DNA from: Octopus sinensis
Taxonomy: Eukaryota
Length of the DNA: 64,000 nt
Assembly: GCF_006345805.1 (NCBI RefSeq)
Contig: NC_043001.1
Coordinates: 52,390,001 to 52,454,000 of the forward strand
Direction of reading: 5' to 3'
The translations under genes were made by a program, and so were the position numbers. The notes below the pieces were generated by a model. It saw only the letters and a list, made by a program, of their open reading frames with translations, had not been told where the DNA came from and ran no database searches. Of the stretch, positions 39,501 through 51,639 are shown one piece after another. Numbering within the stretch: position 1 is the stretch's first letter; every line of letters starts with the position of its first letter.

Positions 39501-42484
39501 GATTCATTAGGAAACATAAAAATATTCAGGGAAATATTTCAAAATGTCTCTCTCTTTCTCTCTATGCCTTACCATTCCTGATTACGTCATTCCGCCTGCT
39601 AGGCGTACCGAACGAATCCAGGTCGGGCAATGAGCTTAATACAACCATATTGAAAATAAATAACCTACGGTTTACGGATAACCTCTGTTTAACAAGAGGA
39701 AAATGAGACAAAGGTTTGTTAAACAGAGAAAAAAATTCAGTATTGCAATATTAGGCTTGAAAAATATGTTGTTTGAAGTAAAGAAAGTGTAATATCTGTT
39801 GGATAAATATTTAAAACATCACTGAATTAGTGTAAGAGATTTCAAGAATAAAATTCAGAACAGGACATATAGTTGAAAATAAAAAGGATTTACCTAAGCG
39901 ATTCATACAAGAAATTGAGTATTTTGGAAGTAAAAACATGTTCTTAGTGTATGAGAGAAAGTAACCTGAAACAATAAACTGAATCATTAACTATAGCCGC
40001 CCAGGGATAAGACATCCGAAGGAACATGGTAAACACAAAGCCATAATAAACTTAACAATTGATACAGCAATTGAAAAAAAGAGAGGAATATTAACCGAGT
40101 TTGTGGATTGAAAACAACAGATTAGTAGTAAAATGTCGCGCCAAAGTCGTGAAAGGCTATAATGATATCACTCTATAAATCATATATTGGATGATTTACA
40201 TCGAACATTTACATCGTCCAATATGTCACTTATTACAGTTCCTGTAATGTAATCTTGGCCGCTTTTGTCCCTAAAACTTACACTGCCTAAACAAGAATGC
40301 GTATACCTTGCTAGTTGATGAAACACGCTATCAAATAATAATAGGTAAGGTTGAAACAATCAAAATGCTCAAACAGTTTATTGTCTTACTGCCAAGTGTC
40401 TGTATAGACAGGGTTTTAAACAGCATTTCCTATTATATCAATACTTGTAACAATCCTAAATACGTACCCTCTCCAATAAATTCGATGGAAATACGCTTCT
40501 AATAACTTTCAAAATAGTCGTAAGTTTTGCTATACGTTCCTACGAAAGATGTTTTTTAAATGAATTATGTCGGTTGAGCTTGGCAGCTTTGACTATAATG
40601 GCTAAAGCACTACCTCTGCGTAGTACGGAATTTTCGCAGTCAAATGTAATTGAGGAACCGACAATGCATATCAAAGATCAATCTAATATCCACACATCAT
40701 TGTTATAAATAAACGATAAACACTCCATCATCTACTCTTCTGAGATGCAAAATTATCCCGTACAAATATATGTTTGAACGGAATGAGAAATATCCTTCAC
40801 GATCATGAAATTTGAAATTTACTCTCTCTGCGCGGTGCAAATATTTTTATCCCAGAGTCTCCTTTCAGGCCGTGTGAGGGAAATCTTGTAAAGTAAACTG
40901 TATGAAACTCCGTATGACGGATTCTCGACGCACACTTGTCAAATAGGTCACACTTGTTCTGCCTTACAATTATAGTAAGGCACACACATCTAAAGAATAC
41001 TCAGCCGATTACATGCTAAGGCGTGGTAAATCAGAGGCAAAAAAAAAAAAACAAGGTGAAACTGGTCAAAGCTCAATTACTCTCAGTTCAATATGCCATA
41101 TAAACTATATTACAATAATGTTTTCCTCGAAATAGAGAAAAAGTCCTTGAAAGATTTATTACCATTCGTCTTTTACGTAAGCTTTCGCAAAAGAAAGCGC
41201 ACAAAATGGTAATACACAGCCTTTGCAGTTACTGTACACACGAAATCCATTTCCGTCATCTTACAGGGAAATTCAGCAACGTATAGATTATTATATTTCA
41301 CAGTTGTAATGTCCAAAATTCAATATTTGTTCGTCTATTTATTTCTACGATAAAAAGGCCTTGTTCACTAGTTCGCTATAATTTATTTTTGCGGTTCCAT
41401 TTATTTTCAATCCAATTGATTCATGCAAAAATTTCTCCAGCATCCACTACTCCTTTTGCTAAAAGGGAGACCATTCATTATTTAATGTGTTTCACATTTT
41501 TAGTATCATTCAATTTCCTACCTAATTTAGTAAAAAAGTTATTTCTATAATTTCCATATGAGTGAATTTCATCCGTTATGTATTTTTCAGTTCTTATCAT
41601 GTATCATTTTATCCGTTTCCTTTAAAAAAATAGCTTTGTTCAGTTCCTACCATACTATAGTAGTTGTTATCATTCCAAACCACCGTTTTCATTTAAATGT
41701 TTTTTCTACCTCCATTGTACATTTCACGTAAGTATATTCAGGAATTGACGTGTTATTACATAATATTTATTTTAAAATAATTTTTCTCTCACTATTTCTC
41801 TTTAGTTCATTGTAATACCAATTTGTTGTGTAAAATATTTTTCATGCTCTATATTTTTTAATTTGCTCATTCCTTTATCCTTTTCCAGCACCCAGTTCCC
41901 CTTTCTTAATCTAGGACCATACATGCTATTTTGTAAGAAGATAGGATATGATTGTATAGAAAATAAGGCTACTATTTCTAGGAGGTCGGTTGTCAGCGTT
42001 GTGAGTCCAGCGTTAGCTCCTAAAGCATCATAGCACTTTCAAACAAGAGTATCATCTTGAGTCTTTTTCCTTTCTCCTAATAGTTTATTTTCCTAGTAAC
42101 TTACGTTCAGCGCTTTACAGAATTTTCAGTCACTTTCCATGTTTTAAATATATTCAGTCCTTATATTTAACAAATGATTTTTCTTAACGTTTTAAATTAT
42201 GTTCGTATTTTCAATTTTTAATATCATATTTTGGCTCCTATCAAAATTATCACCTCTTTTTCTCAATCACAATTATTCCTTTACAGCTGCTCAAAATGTT
42301 CACTTTTAGATTCTTCGATAACCACATTTCTGTCTTCAATAACTTTAAATATATAGCGTTTTAATATTTATCATGTAATATTCAGTTTATATACTTCTTT
42401 CAACATTGCCTTCAGACCATTCTAGAAAATGCTGAAATTTATTAGCATGTTATGTTCTAAGCAAAATATTAGTTACAAAATTTC

Positions 42485-43095
42485 GCACATGGCCAGCAAT
42501 TTCAGGGAGGGGTAAGTTGATTACTTTTTATCAACATCAAAACAATGAACGTCATCTCGACCTAAGTGGAATTTGAAATCAGAATTAAAGACGGACGAAA
42601 TGCAACTAAACATTTTGTCCGGCATTCTAATGTGTCTTATTTCTTTACTGCTCACAAGGGGCTACACACAGAGGGGACAAACAAGGACAGCTAAATGGAT
42701 TAAGTCGATCATATCGACACCAGCGCGTAACTGGTACTTATTTACTTGACCCCGAAAGGATGAAAGGCAAAGTCGACCTTGGCGGAATTTGAACTCAGAA
42801 CGTAGCGGTAGACGAAACACAGATAAACATTTCGCCCGTGGTGCTAACGCTTCTGCCAGCTCACCGCCTTGATTCACTAGAAAATATAGGTTTCAAATTT
42901 TAGTACGTTGCCAGTAATTTCTTCCTGCTTTGAATTCAATTCTCTGAGTTCGATTGTCACCGATGTTACTTTTGCCTTTCATTCTTTCGTAATCAATGTC
43001 AATTAAAATATAGTACCAGTTAAGTACTGGAGTCACTGGTCTCTCGTAGCTCACTCGTTTCAAAATCGCTGGCCTTGTCATCAAAGTAGAAACTA
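42485..43095. mobile_element. Cluster of SINEs: decayed minus copy (42485-42625), intact minus copy (42640-42872), decayed plus copy (~42880-43095)
   Basis: Same family as 15201-15437; head ...gccagctcaccgcctt at ~42855-42870. Confidence 0.85.
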
Positions 43096-43811
43096 TTATT
43101 CCTCACATTTTATGATAGTGAGCTATCAGAATCGTTTGTGTCGAACAAAAATGCATAACTTTATTTCTTCTAATTAGCTACGTTCTGTGTTCAATTTTTG
43201 TCCCAATGGATTTTTGGCCTTTCACATCTCAGCAGTCCATGAAACAATATTCTCTCCTCAGAGGGGATTGTACCAAAATTAGACATCTCATTAATTTTGG
43301 AGCAGTGGATTGGCACCACCACGAATGCAACTGGAAAATACCTTTTCGTTCTGAACACCAATATATTCAACTTAGCCACTAGCCTTATGCTTTTGTTTAT
43401 ATCGGCTTTACAGTTGCTAATATTATTACCAGCCAATTAATTTGTTCAAAATTCAAGCCGTTTATTTCTGTATGTGTTCGGGGTGTTACTTTATTTCCAG
43501 TATTTCTTTATTTCTCCATGTAATTCAAAACTTCATAATTTTGAGGTACTTTGCTTATTTTAAATAATTTTGTATATCTAAATTATTTATAATCATTTAC
43601 TATTTATATCAACGGCTGTCTATGTTCATATTGACAACATGTATTTTGTAGAAATAAGAACAACTTACATTAATAAAGCTTCTGTGATTTAAAGATACTT
43701 ATATTATTAGCACGCTTCATTACGCATTTCAGATTAAATGTCAAATATAATACATTCATATATCTATTTGATAATAAAATTTAATTTTAATAAGAAATGC
43801 TTAGCGTCTTT

Positions 43812-44678
43812 GAATATTCAATTTATTTATTGAAGAATAAATTAGATGCAGCTGCGCGAATTCATGCATTGAATTATAAAAAATTATAATGTAGAATGAG
43901 TGTTTTTTTTTTAGTTTAAAAGCGTCTTAAAGTAAAAATAGAAACAAAACGAAATAATTCAATAGAAATAAAAAATAACAGAACAGTCACATACAATTAA
44001 ATATGACATATGACTTTATAACAGACATACATTCTTATTTGTAAATTATAATAGGAAGTTGTATCATTTATCTTCTGTTAAGAATCGCCAGGCCTTTTCA
44101 ACTTGAAATATATGACTGACTAGCTTAAGGACACCCGCTCTGACTAGCTTAAGGTCACCCGAGTGTGGTTGTTACTTTCTGTTGCTTCCTTTCTGTTTTT
44201 TAAAACCACATTCTCCAGCTTAGTTTCTCTCTCCTTTCTCTATCACTTTCCCACTCTCTTACTCTTCCTCTCTCTCGGACCCTCCCTCGCTTTCTCTTAC
44301 TCTCTATTTTTCTCTATCTCTCTCTCTCTCCCATTTATAAAAAACAAAAGATCTTGAGTAAGTTGAGAAAGAAAATATTTTGAAAGTTCAATCATAAATA
44401 TCAGGCAGTGAGAACGGAAAGGTCTGCTTCAAGGCAGACAGCAAAACACTATATTTATACATGTAATGTGACAATTATGTATAAAAAAACATTTTTGAAT
44501 TCATAATATTCAATGTGACAATTATGTAAAAAACGTTTTTGAACCCATATTATTCAATGTTACTTTTGACAATCTTTTACCAAAGAGTGAAACCGGTTAA
44601 GTAAATAAACACCTTTTAAATTGCATTTTCAAACCTTCTTTCGTATATAATTCCACTCGTGCGATACCCCACAACTCA

Positions 44679-44728
<50 letters not shown>

Positions 44729-45340
44729 TATTATATATATATGCATATATATATTATATCACATTATATTATATTATTATATGACCGAACGCGACGCATC
44801 CATTTCCAAGTAAGTTTTATGATAATAATTCCGATATGCAATCTGCAGCCTATCTCTATTCTACCACCCTCTCTTGTTCTTCTTTCTTTCTGTTTTTCAC
44901 TCCCACTCTCTCTCCAATTCTTCTCCTTTCCCCTTCACCATTCCCTCTCTCTCTCTCACTCTTCCTCCTTGATTCCCTCGTTGCTCACACGTGATGAACG
45001 GCTATCTATCTTTCTTTCTTCCGCTTCCTTCCTGAGGACATGGCGTGCTTTTGCCTGTCTCTTCTCAAACCTCGTTTTCCCAGCGTTCATTATTTCACCT
45101 CGTTATGGCTTAACAGCCCTCACTGTTTGTCTCTACCGTTTTTTTTACTGTCCTGTTTTTGTTGCCAATTTAACCCTCCACACAAAAAAAAACAAAATAG
45201 ATTTAATTTGTTTTGCGGGTAGGACTGTTTTAACGAGGTCGCGTCTTGTATCTACCTTCTAAACGCGGAGTAGATAAGACTGGGGAAACTGATGAGGGGA
45301 ATTTTCTTTATGTTGCCTGTCTCGTTTCTCTATTTGTTTC
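43812..45340 (+). repeat. Left copy of a ~1.5 kb inverted duplication (partner 61861-63393)
   Basis: Continuous reverse-complement match that includes unique AT-rich sequence and the same (TA)n array. Confidence 0.95.
44560..44609 (+). ncRNA. Decayed minimal type-I hammerhead ribozyme-like motif followed by AATAAA, in a probable Penelope-like terminal repeat
   Basis: ttactt-TTGACAA-tcttt/tacc/aaaga-gt-GAAA-CCGG-TT-aagtaa. Perfect 6-bp stem I, 5-bp stem II and palindromic CCGG helix-III loop. The CUGANGA box is mutated, so it is probably inactive. Confidence 0.55.
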
Positions 45341-45425
45341 TTTCGTTGTTCGAAAAACGTTCGTTTTCCATGTTTTTGTTTTATGTTCACGTTTCTCATT
45401 TTGTTCGTTATTTTACATCCTGTAC

Positions 45426-45521
<96 letters not shown>

Positions 45522-45558
45522 TACATGTAGGAATGTACATATATGCGTGTACACATAC

Positions 45559-45637
<79 letters not shown>

Positions 45638-46319
45638 TATTATATTATTACATGATCGAAAACCACGCATCCATTTCCAAGTAAATTTTATCTTAATTCC
45701 GATGCACAATCTATAGCCTATCTCTATTCTATCTCTTGTTCTTCTTCCTTTCTGTTTTTCTCCCCCAACATTTCTCTAATTCCTCTTTTCTCTCCTTCAC
45801 CGTTGCCTCTCTCTCTCACTCTTCCTCCTTGACTTTGTCGTTGCTCGCACGTGACCAACGTCTATATATCTTTCTTTCTTCCACTTCCTTCCTAAAGACA
45901 AGACGTGCTCGTTTTTACAGCGTTCATCACTTCACCTAGTTGTGGCTTAATAACCCCACCGTTTGTTTTACTGTTTTGTTCTTACAGTGCCGTTTTTGTC
46001 ATCATTTTAACCCTACGCAAAAAAAAAACAAATTTTATTTAATCTGCTTTGCATGAAGACCTGTTTTAACGAAGTCGCTTCTAGTCCCTACCCTCGAGTA
46101 GATAAAATAGGGGACAGCTGATGTAGGGAATGTTCTTTATGTTGCCTGTCTCATTTCTCTATTTGTTTCTTTCGTTGTTCGAAAAACATTCGTTTTCCAT
46201 ACTTTTATTTTATGTTCGCGTTTCTCATTTTGTTCAAGATTTTTTGACATCGTGTACTCATATATGCATATATATATACATATATATGTAGGCATGTACA
46301 TAAATATGTGTATATATGC

Positions 46320-46351
<32 letters not shown>

Positions 46352-46400
46352 GTTACTTATATTATATGATCGAACGACACGCATCCATTTCCGTGTAAGT
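44775..46400 (+). repeat. Tandem ~0.7-0.9 kb CT-rich units (about 2 copies plus the start of a third), possibly PLE-derived
   Basis: Unit starts recur at 44781, 45652 and 46366 (atga.cgaa...cgcatccatttcc..gtaa.t). Internal segments align, and each unit ends in (TA)n. Confidence 0.85.
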
Positions 46401-46624
46401 TATATATATATTTACATTCCTCTATTACATAATATCGAGGTCTCTTTCATTCTGTTGTTGTCTTACCATGTTTATTTATTTATTTATTTATTTATTTATA
46501 TTCACTCTGGAAATAATTTCTCCTTATTAGTTCTATATATCTGTGTATGGGTTATAAATCGAAATTGAAATAAGTGTATAATATATAATACTAGAAAGAT
46601 TAACAATATATTTGGGTTTCATTA

Positions 46625-46860
46625 TATTAGTGGGCTGTCCGGAAAATTCGTGCCGATTTATAATAGATGGCCTTTCGACTTATTTTAGAACATGGTTGAG
46701 TCCATAAAATAGGATTTCTCTACACTTTCATTTAGAGCGCAGTATTTTCAATTACTTTAGAGATTAAATACATTACAACTGAATGGAGAATAAGTTTCAT
46801 ATGTTTTTAGATAATTTTCTCTTTACAGTCACTTCTCTTTTCATCAATTCGTTAGGTAAA
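46625..46860 (+). mobile_element. Possible mariner 5' terminal fragment
   Basis: tattagtgggctgtccggaaaattcgtgccgattt resembles mariner TIRs. It is followed by ATG GAG AAT AAG TTT CAT (MENKFH), similar to mariner transposase N-termini. No matching right end seen. Confidence 0.45.
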
Positions 46861-46946
46861 AAAAAATTAAAATCATAAATTGAAGATCAAACATTATGCG
46901 GGAGATTAAAACTGCTCTTATCTTCAAAACTTAGAGGCCTAATATA

Positions 46947-46977
<31 letters not shown>

Positions 46978-47055
46978 TTACATACATACATACACACACA
47001 CACATACATACATACATACATACATACATAAATATATATATATATATATATTTAT

Positions 47056-48863
47056 AATTAATCAATATAGGGTGGCAAAAAAAATTTTGTAGAATTCTTT
47101 TTGCCACCAGCGGCCTAGTGGGAAAAAATTAAATAGTCATAGACCATTTTTAAGTTCAACATCAACAATCAAGGAACGGCCATAATAGGCTATTCACCCA
47201 CTAGAAATAACAGCCAAAGCTTCAACCGCAAATAAAGATTAATTCCGTAAACAGGAGAAAATTTAAAAAACATTTACCCTGTAATTTCTTGTACGATGCA
47301 CCGTTTCATCTGCTGTTTAATGGTAAACTAACCTGATTAAATTAAATCAAGCCAATCTTCCATAGGCCCTCAGATTCTTCAGCAAGAAATAGCCAAGTCG
47401 GAACAGATATTTTCACGAGGCATTTCCGACCCTGCCAAGGTAATATCTGACCTAAAATTTTCAAATCGTCGCACTCGCGCCAAATTTATCGGCAGCAAAT
47501 AAATATAAGCCGTCGATTCCATTACGGAATTAACCAGAAAATTCATAATTAATCAATATAGGGTGGCAAAAAAAATTTTGTAGAATTCTTTTTGCCACCA
47601 GCGGCCTAGTGGGAAAAAATTAAATAGTCATAGACCATTTTTAGTTCAACATCAACAATCAAGGAACGGCCATAATAGGCTATTCACCCACTAGAAATAA
47701 CAACCAAAGCTTCAACCGCAAATAAAGATTAATTCCGTAAACAGGAGAAAATTTAAAAAACATTTACCCTGTAATTACAGGGTAAATGTTTTTTAAATTT
47801 TCTCCTGTTTACGGAATTAATCTTTATTTGCGGTTGAAGCTTTGGCTGTTATTTCTAGTGGGTGAATAGCCTATTATGGCCGTTCCTTGATTGTTGATGT
47901 TGAACTTAAAAATGGTCTATGGCTATTTAATTTTTTCCCACTAGGCCGCTGGTGGCAAAAAGAATTCTACAAAATTTTTTTTGCCACCCTATATTGATTA
48001 ATTTACCCTGTAATTACAGGGTAAATGTTTTTTAAATTTTCTCCTGTTTACGGAATTAATCTTTATTTGCGGTTGAAGCTTTGGCTGTTATTTCTAGTGG
48101 GTGAATAGCCTATTATGGCCGTTCCTTGATTGTTGATGTTGAACTTAAAAATGGTCTATGACTATTTAATTTTTTCCCACTAGGCCGCTGGTGGCAAAAA
48201 GAATTCTACAAAATTTTTTTTGCCAACCTATATTGATTAATTTACCCTGTAATTACAGGGTAAATGTTTTTTAAATTTTCTCCTGTTTACGGAATTAATC
48301 TTTATTTGCGGTTGAAGCTTTGGCTGTTATTTCTAGTGGGTGAATAGCCTATTATGGCCGTTCCTTGATTGTTGATGTTGAACTTAAAAATGGTCTATGA
48401 CTATTTAATTTTTTCCCACTAGGCCGCTGGTGGCAAAAAGAATTCTACAAAATTTTTTTTGCCACCCTATATTGATTAATTATGAATTTTCTGGTTAATT
48501 CCGTAATGGAATCGACGGCTTATATTTATTTGCTGCCGATAAATTTGGCGCGAGTGCGACGATTTGAAAATTTTAGGTCAGATATTACCTTGGCAGGGTC
48601 GGAAATGCCTCGTGAAAATATCTGTTCCGACTTGGCTATTTCTTGCTGAAGAATCTGAGGGCCTATGGAAGATTGGCTTGATTTAATTTAATCAGGTTAG
48701 TTTACCATTAAACAGCAGATGAAACGGTGCATCGTACAAAAATTACAGGGTAATGTTTTTTTTAAATTTTCTCCTGTTTACGGAATTAATCTTTATTTGC
48801 GGTTGAAGCTTTGGCTGTTATTTCTAGTGGGTGAATAGCCTATTATGGCCGTTCCTTGATTGT

Positions 48864-48867
<4 letters not shown>
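47056..48867. repeat. 1.8 kb complex palindrome A-B-A | A'-A'-A'-B'-A'(truncated), centre between 47774 and 47775
   Basis: A ~230 bp, B ~258 bp. Spacer-less centre catttaccctgtaa|ttacagggtaaatg. Extra A' copies recur with a 239-bp period (47763, 48002, 48241). Confidence 0.96.
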
Positions 48868-48934
<67 letters not shown>

Positions 48935-49061
48935 GTATATACATATATGCATACTTATATGTATACATATGTTTATACACGCATACATATAAATATATAT
49001 ATACATACTTTATATAATTAGGGTTCAGCAAAAAAATTTACTTTACCACACACCGAACTTT

Positions 49062-49105
<44 letters not shown>

Positions 49106-49769
49106 GAACATGCCCACTCAAAAGCATATTCACATATAGAAATACTTGTACATCCGTATGTGCCTTAGTAGATATGCATGTATGCTTTCGACCTTTTAAT
49201 ACATATAGGTTCCAGTGAAAAGCTGATTAAAAAAAGACAAATATATACATGGAGTATTACTCCATGGCGTATTTAATGCTTTACGTTAAAATATTGTAAA
49301 CATATTACAAATTGCCTGATTACGTATGCATATTAAGGAATTATATTTTACTTATTTCATCTGAATCGGCAAAAAATAAAATTTTCAGCTTGACAGCCTT
49401 TCGTAGCGTGTTCTGCATAACGCTACATTGAATAAAAGAGAATAAAATTTTTATGTTAAATATTATCGGTTTGAAAACTCTGTCGCTTTAGAAATGTAGC
49501 TTAACACTTCGAAACTGTTCATCATTATATAAATTTAAACAAAGTATATATATATAAACATAGTAAGAAAAGGGAGGAAGAGAATCGAGAGAGGGAAAGA
49601 GAGAGGGTGAGAGATAAGGAGATAGAGAGAGGGAGAGGGCATGTGGCAGATAAAGACAAGTAGGGTTACAGCGTTTATTTACACGGAATACAAAATATAG
49701 ATTACAGAATATGGAAAACAAAAGGAGTAATATGAAATTCTTACATTTACGGATATTTCAAGAGCACTC

Positions 49770-50336
49770 TAGTCCTTATTGTTGGTTTCCTTGTCCTGTC
49801 TTTTACTGTTTTTATCTTTACTTGTAGTTTTTTTTCTTCATTTGTATTGCTTTTACATGCTATTCTTGTCACTTTTTTTACCCCTCCGCAAAAAAAAAAA
49901 TTATTTAATTCATTTTGCGGGAAGGACTGCTTCGGCCTGGCCCTGCTCTGCCCTTACCTTCGAAACAGGGGCAGCTGAAGAAGGGGAATGTTCCTTGTAT
50001 TGTTTGTCTTGTACTCTGTTTTTTCGTTGTTAAAAAAAGTCCATTTCCTTGTTTGATTTTACGTTTATTTGTGGTGTCCTGTACTCTTATATGCATGTAT
50101 ATATACATATAGATATAGGTATGTACATATATGTATGTATGCATATGTTTTATTTATTAAATTGTTATTATATGATTGAACGCTATCATCGTTTTCTTCT
50201 TCTCCAAGTAAGTTTTATTTCAATAATTATGACGCGCACTCTTAACTCTTTACTTGACCTTTCCTCCCTGCCTGTCTGTCTTCCTCTCTACCTGTCTCTG
50301 TCCTTCTTACTTTTCACCCTTTCTGGTTTCTTCTCC

Positions 50337-50372
<36 letters not shown>

Positions 50373-51005
50373 TCCTCCTCCTCTGTCTCGTCTCTGACCG
50401 GACGGCTACTAATTTTCTTTCTGCCCATAGCTTTCAACAAAGCAACATTGGCTTTTTTCTCTATTCCGCAGCCGATTTTCAGAATGCGTTCTAACGAATT
50501 TTTCCACCGTCTAGGCTTAAAAATAGCCCTTATTGTTGGCTTCCTTGTCCTGTCTTTTACTGTTTTTATCTTTATTTGTACTGTTTTTTTTCTTCATTTG
50601 TATTGCTTTTACGTCCTGTTCTTGTCACTTTTTTTTACCCCTCAGCAAAAATTTTTTATTTAATTCATTTTGCGAGAAGGACTGCTTCGGCCTGGTCGTG
50701 TTCTGCCCTGACCTTCGAAACACGCATTGAGTCGAAACAGGGGCAGCTGAAGAAGGGGAATATTCCTTGTATTGTTTGTCTTGTACTCTGTTTTTTCGTT
50801 GTTAAAAAAAGTCCGTTTCTTTGTTTGATTTTATGTTTTCGTTTCTCGTTGTGTTCGACGTTTATTTGTGGTGTCCTGTCCTCATATATGCATGTATATA
50901 TACATATAGATGTAGGTACATACATATATGCATATGCTTTATTTATCAAATTGTTATAATATGATTGAACGCTCACGTCGTTTTCTTCTTCTCCAAGTAA
51001 GTTTT
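49770..51005 (+). repeat. Tandem ~0.8 kb units of a related CT-rich family (about 1.5 copies)
   Basis: 49775-50215 aligns with 50530-51005. Shares the cgaaacagggg..ctgaagaaggggaat segment with the 45270 and 57130 regions. Confidence 0.85.
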
Positions 51006-51014
51006 ATATATATT

Positions 51015-51079
<65 letters not shown>

Positions 51080-51139
51080 GTCTATATATATAAGCCCGTC
51101 GTATATATGTATATATATATATGTGTATGCTTGTGCTTC

Positions 51140-51335
51140 GTGTTTGCCCCCACCCCCAACATCGCTTGACAACCGATGCTGGTGTATTACGTCCCCGTAA
51201 CTTAGTGGTTCGGCAAAAGATTCCGATAGAATAAGTACTATCCTTACAAAGAATAAGTCCTGAGCTCGATTTCATCGACTAAAGGCGGTGCTCCAGCATG
51301 GCCACAGTTAAATGACTGAAACAAGTAAATGAGTA
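51140..51335 (+). mobile_element. SINE of a second family (3' portion)
   Basis: cgcttgacaaccgatgctggtgt...aaggcggtgctccagcatggccacag...actgaaacaagtaaa. Recognised from recalled octopus-type SINE sequence; the only copy seen in this window. Confidence 0.6.
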
Positions 51336-51381
51336 TATATATATATATATATATATATTAGGTATGTATGTATATATATGC

Positions 51382-51578
<197 letters not shown>

Positions 51579-51639
51579 GATATTTATACATATACATATA
51601 TACATGCGTCGTGGCAACCGAACATGTTTTTCATTGCTC

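Noticed and set aside
45255-45310. GAAAC...CTGATGA/CTGAAGA motifs in the CT-rich units (also ~49965, ~50735, ~57135) as type-II hammerheads
   Set aside because: The boxes are in type-II order, but no stem I can form between the putative cleavage site and CTGANGA, and stem II does not close properly.
47056-48867. CRISPR-like or satellite interpretation of the repeated units
   Set aside because: Units are 230-490 bp with no unique spacers, the context is eukaryotic, and there are no cas genes.
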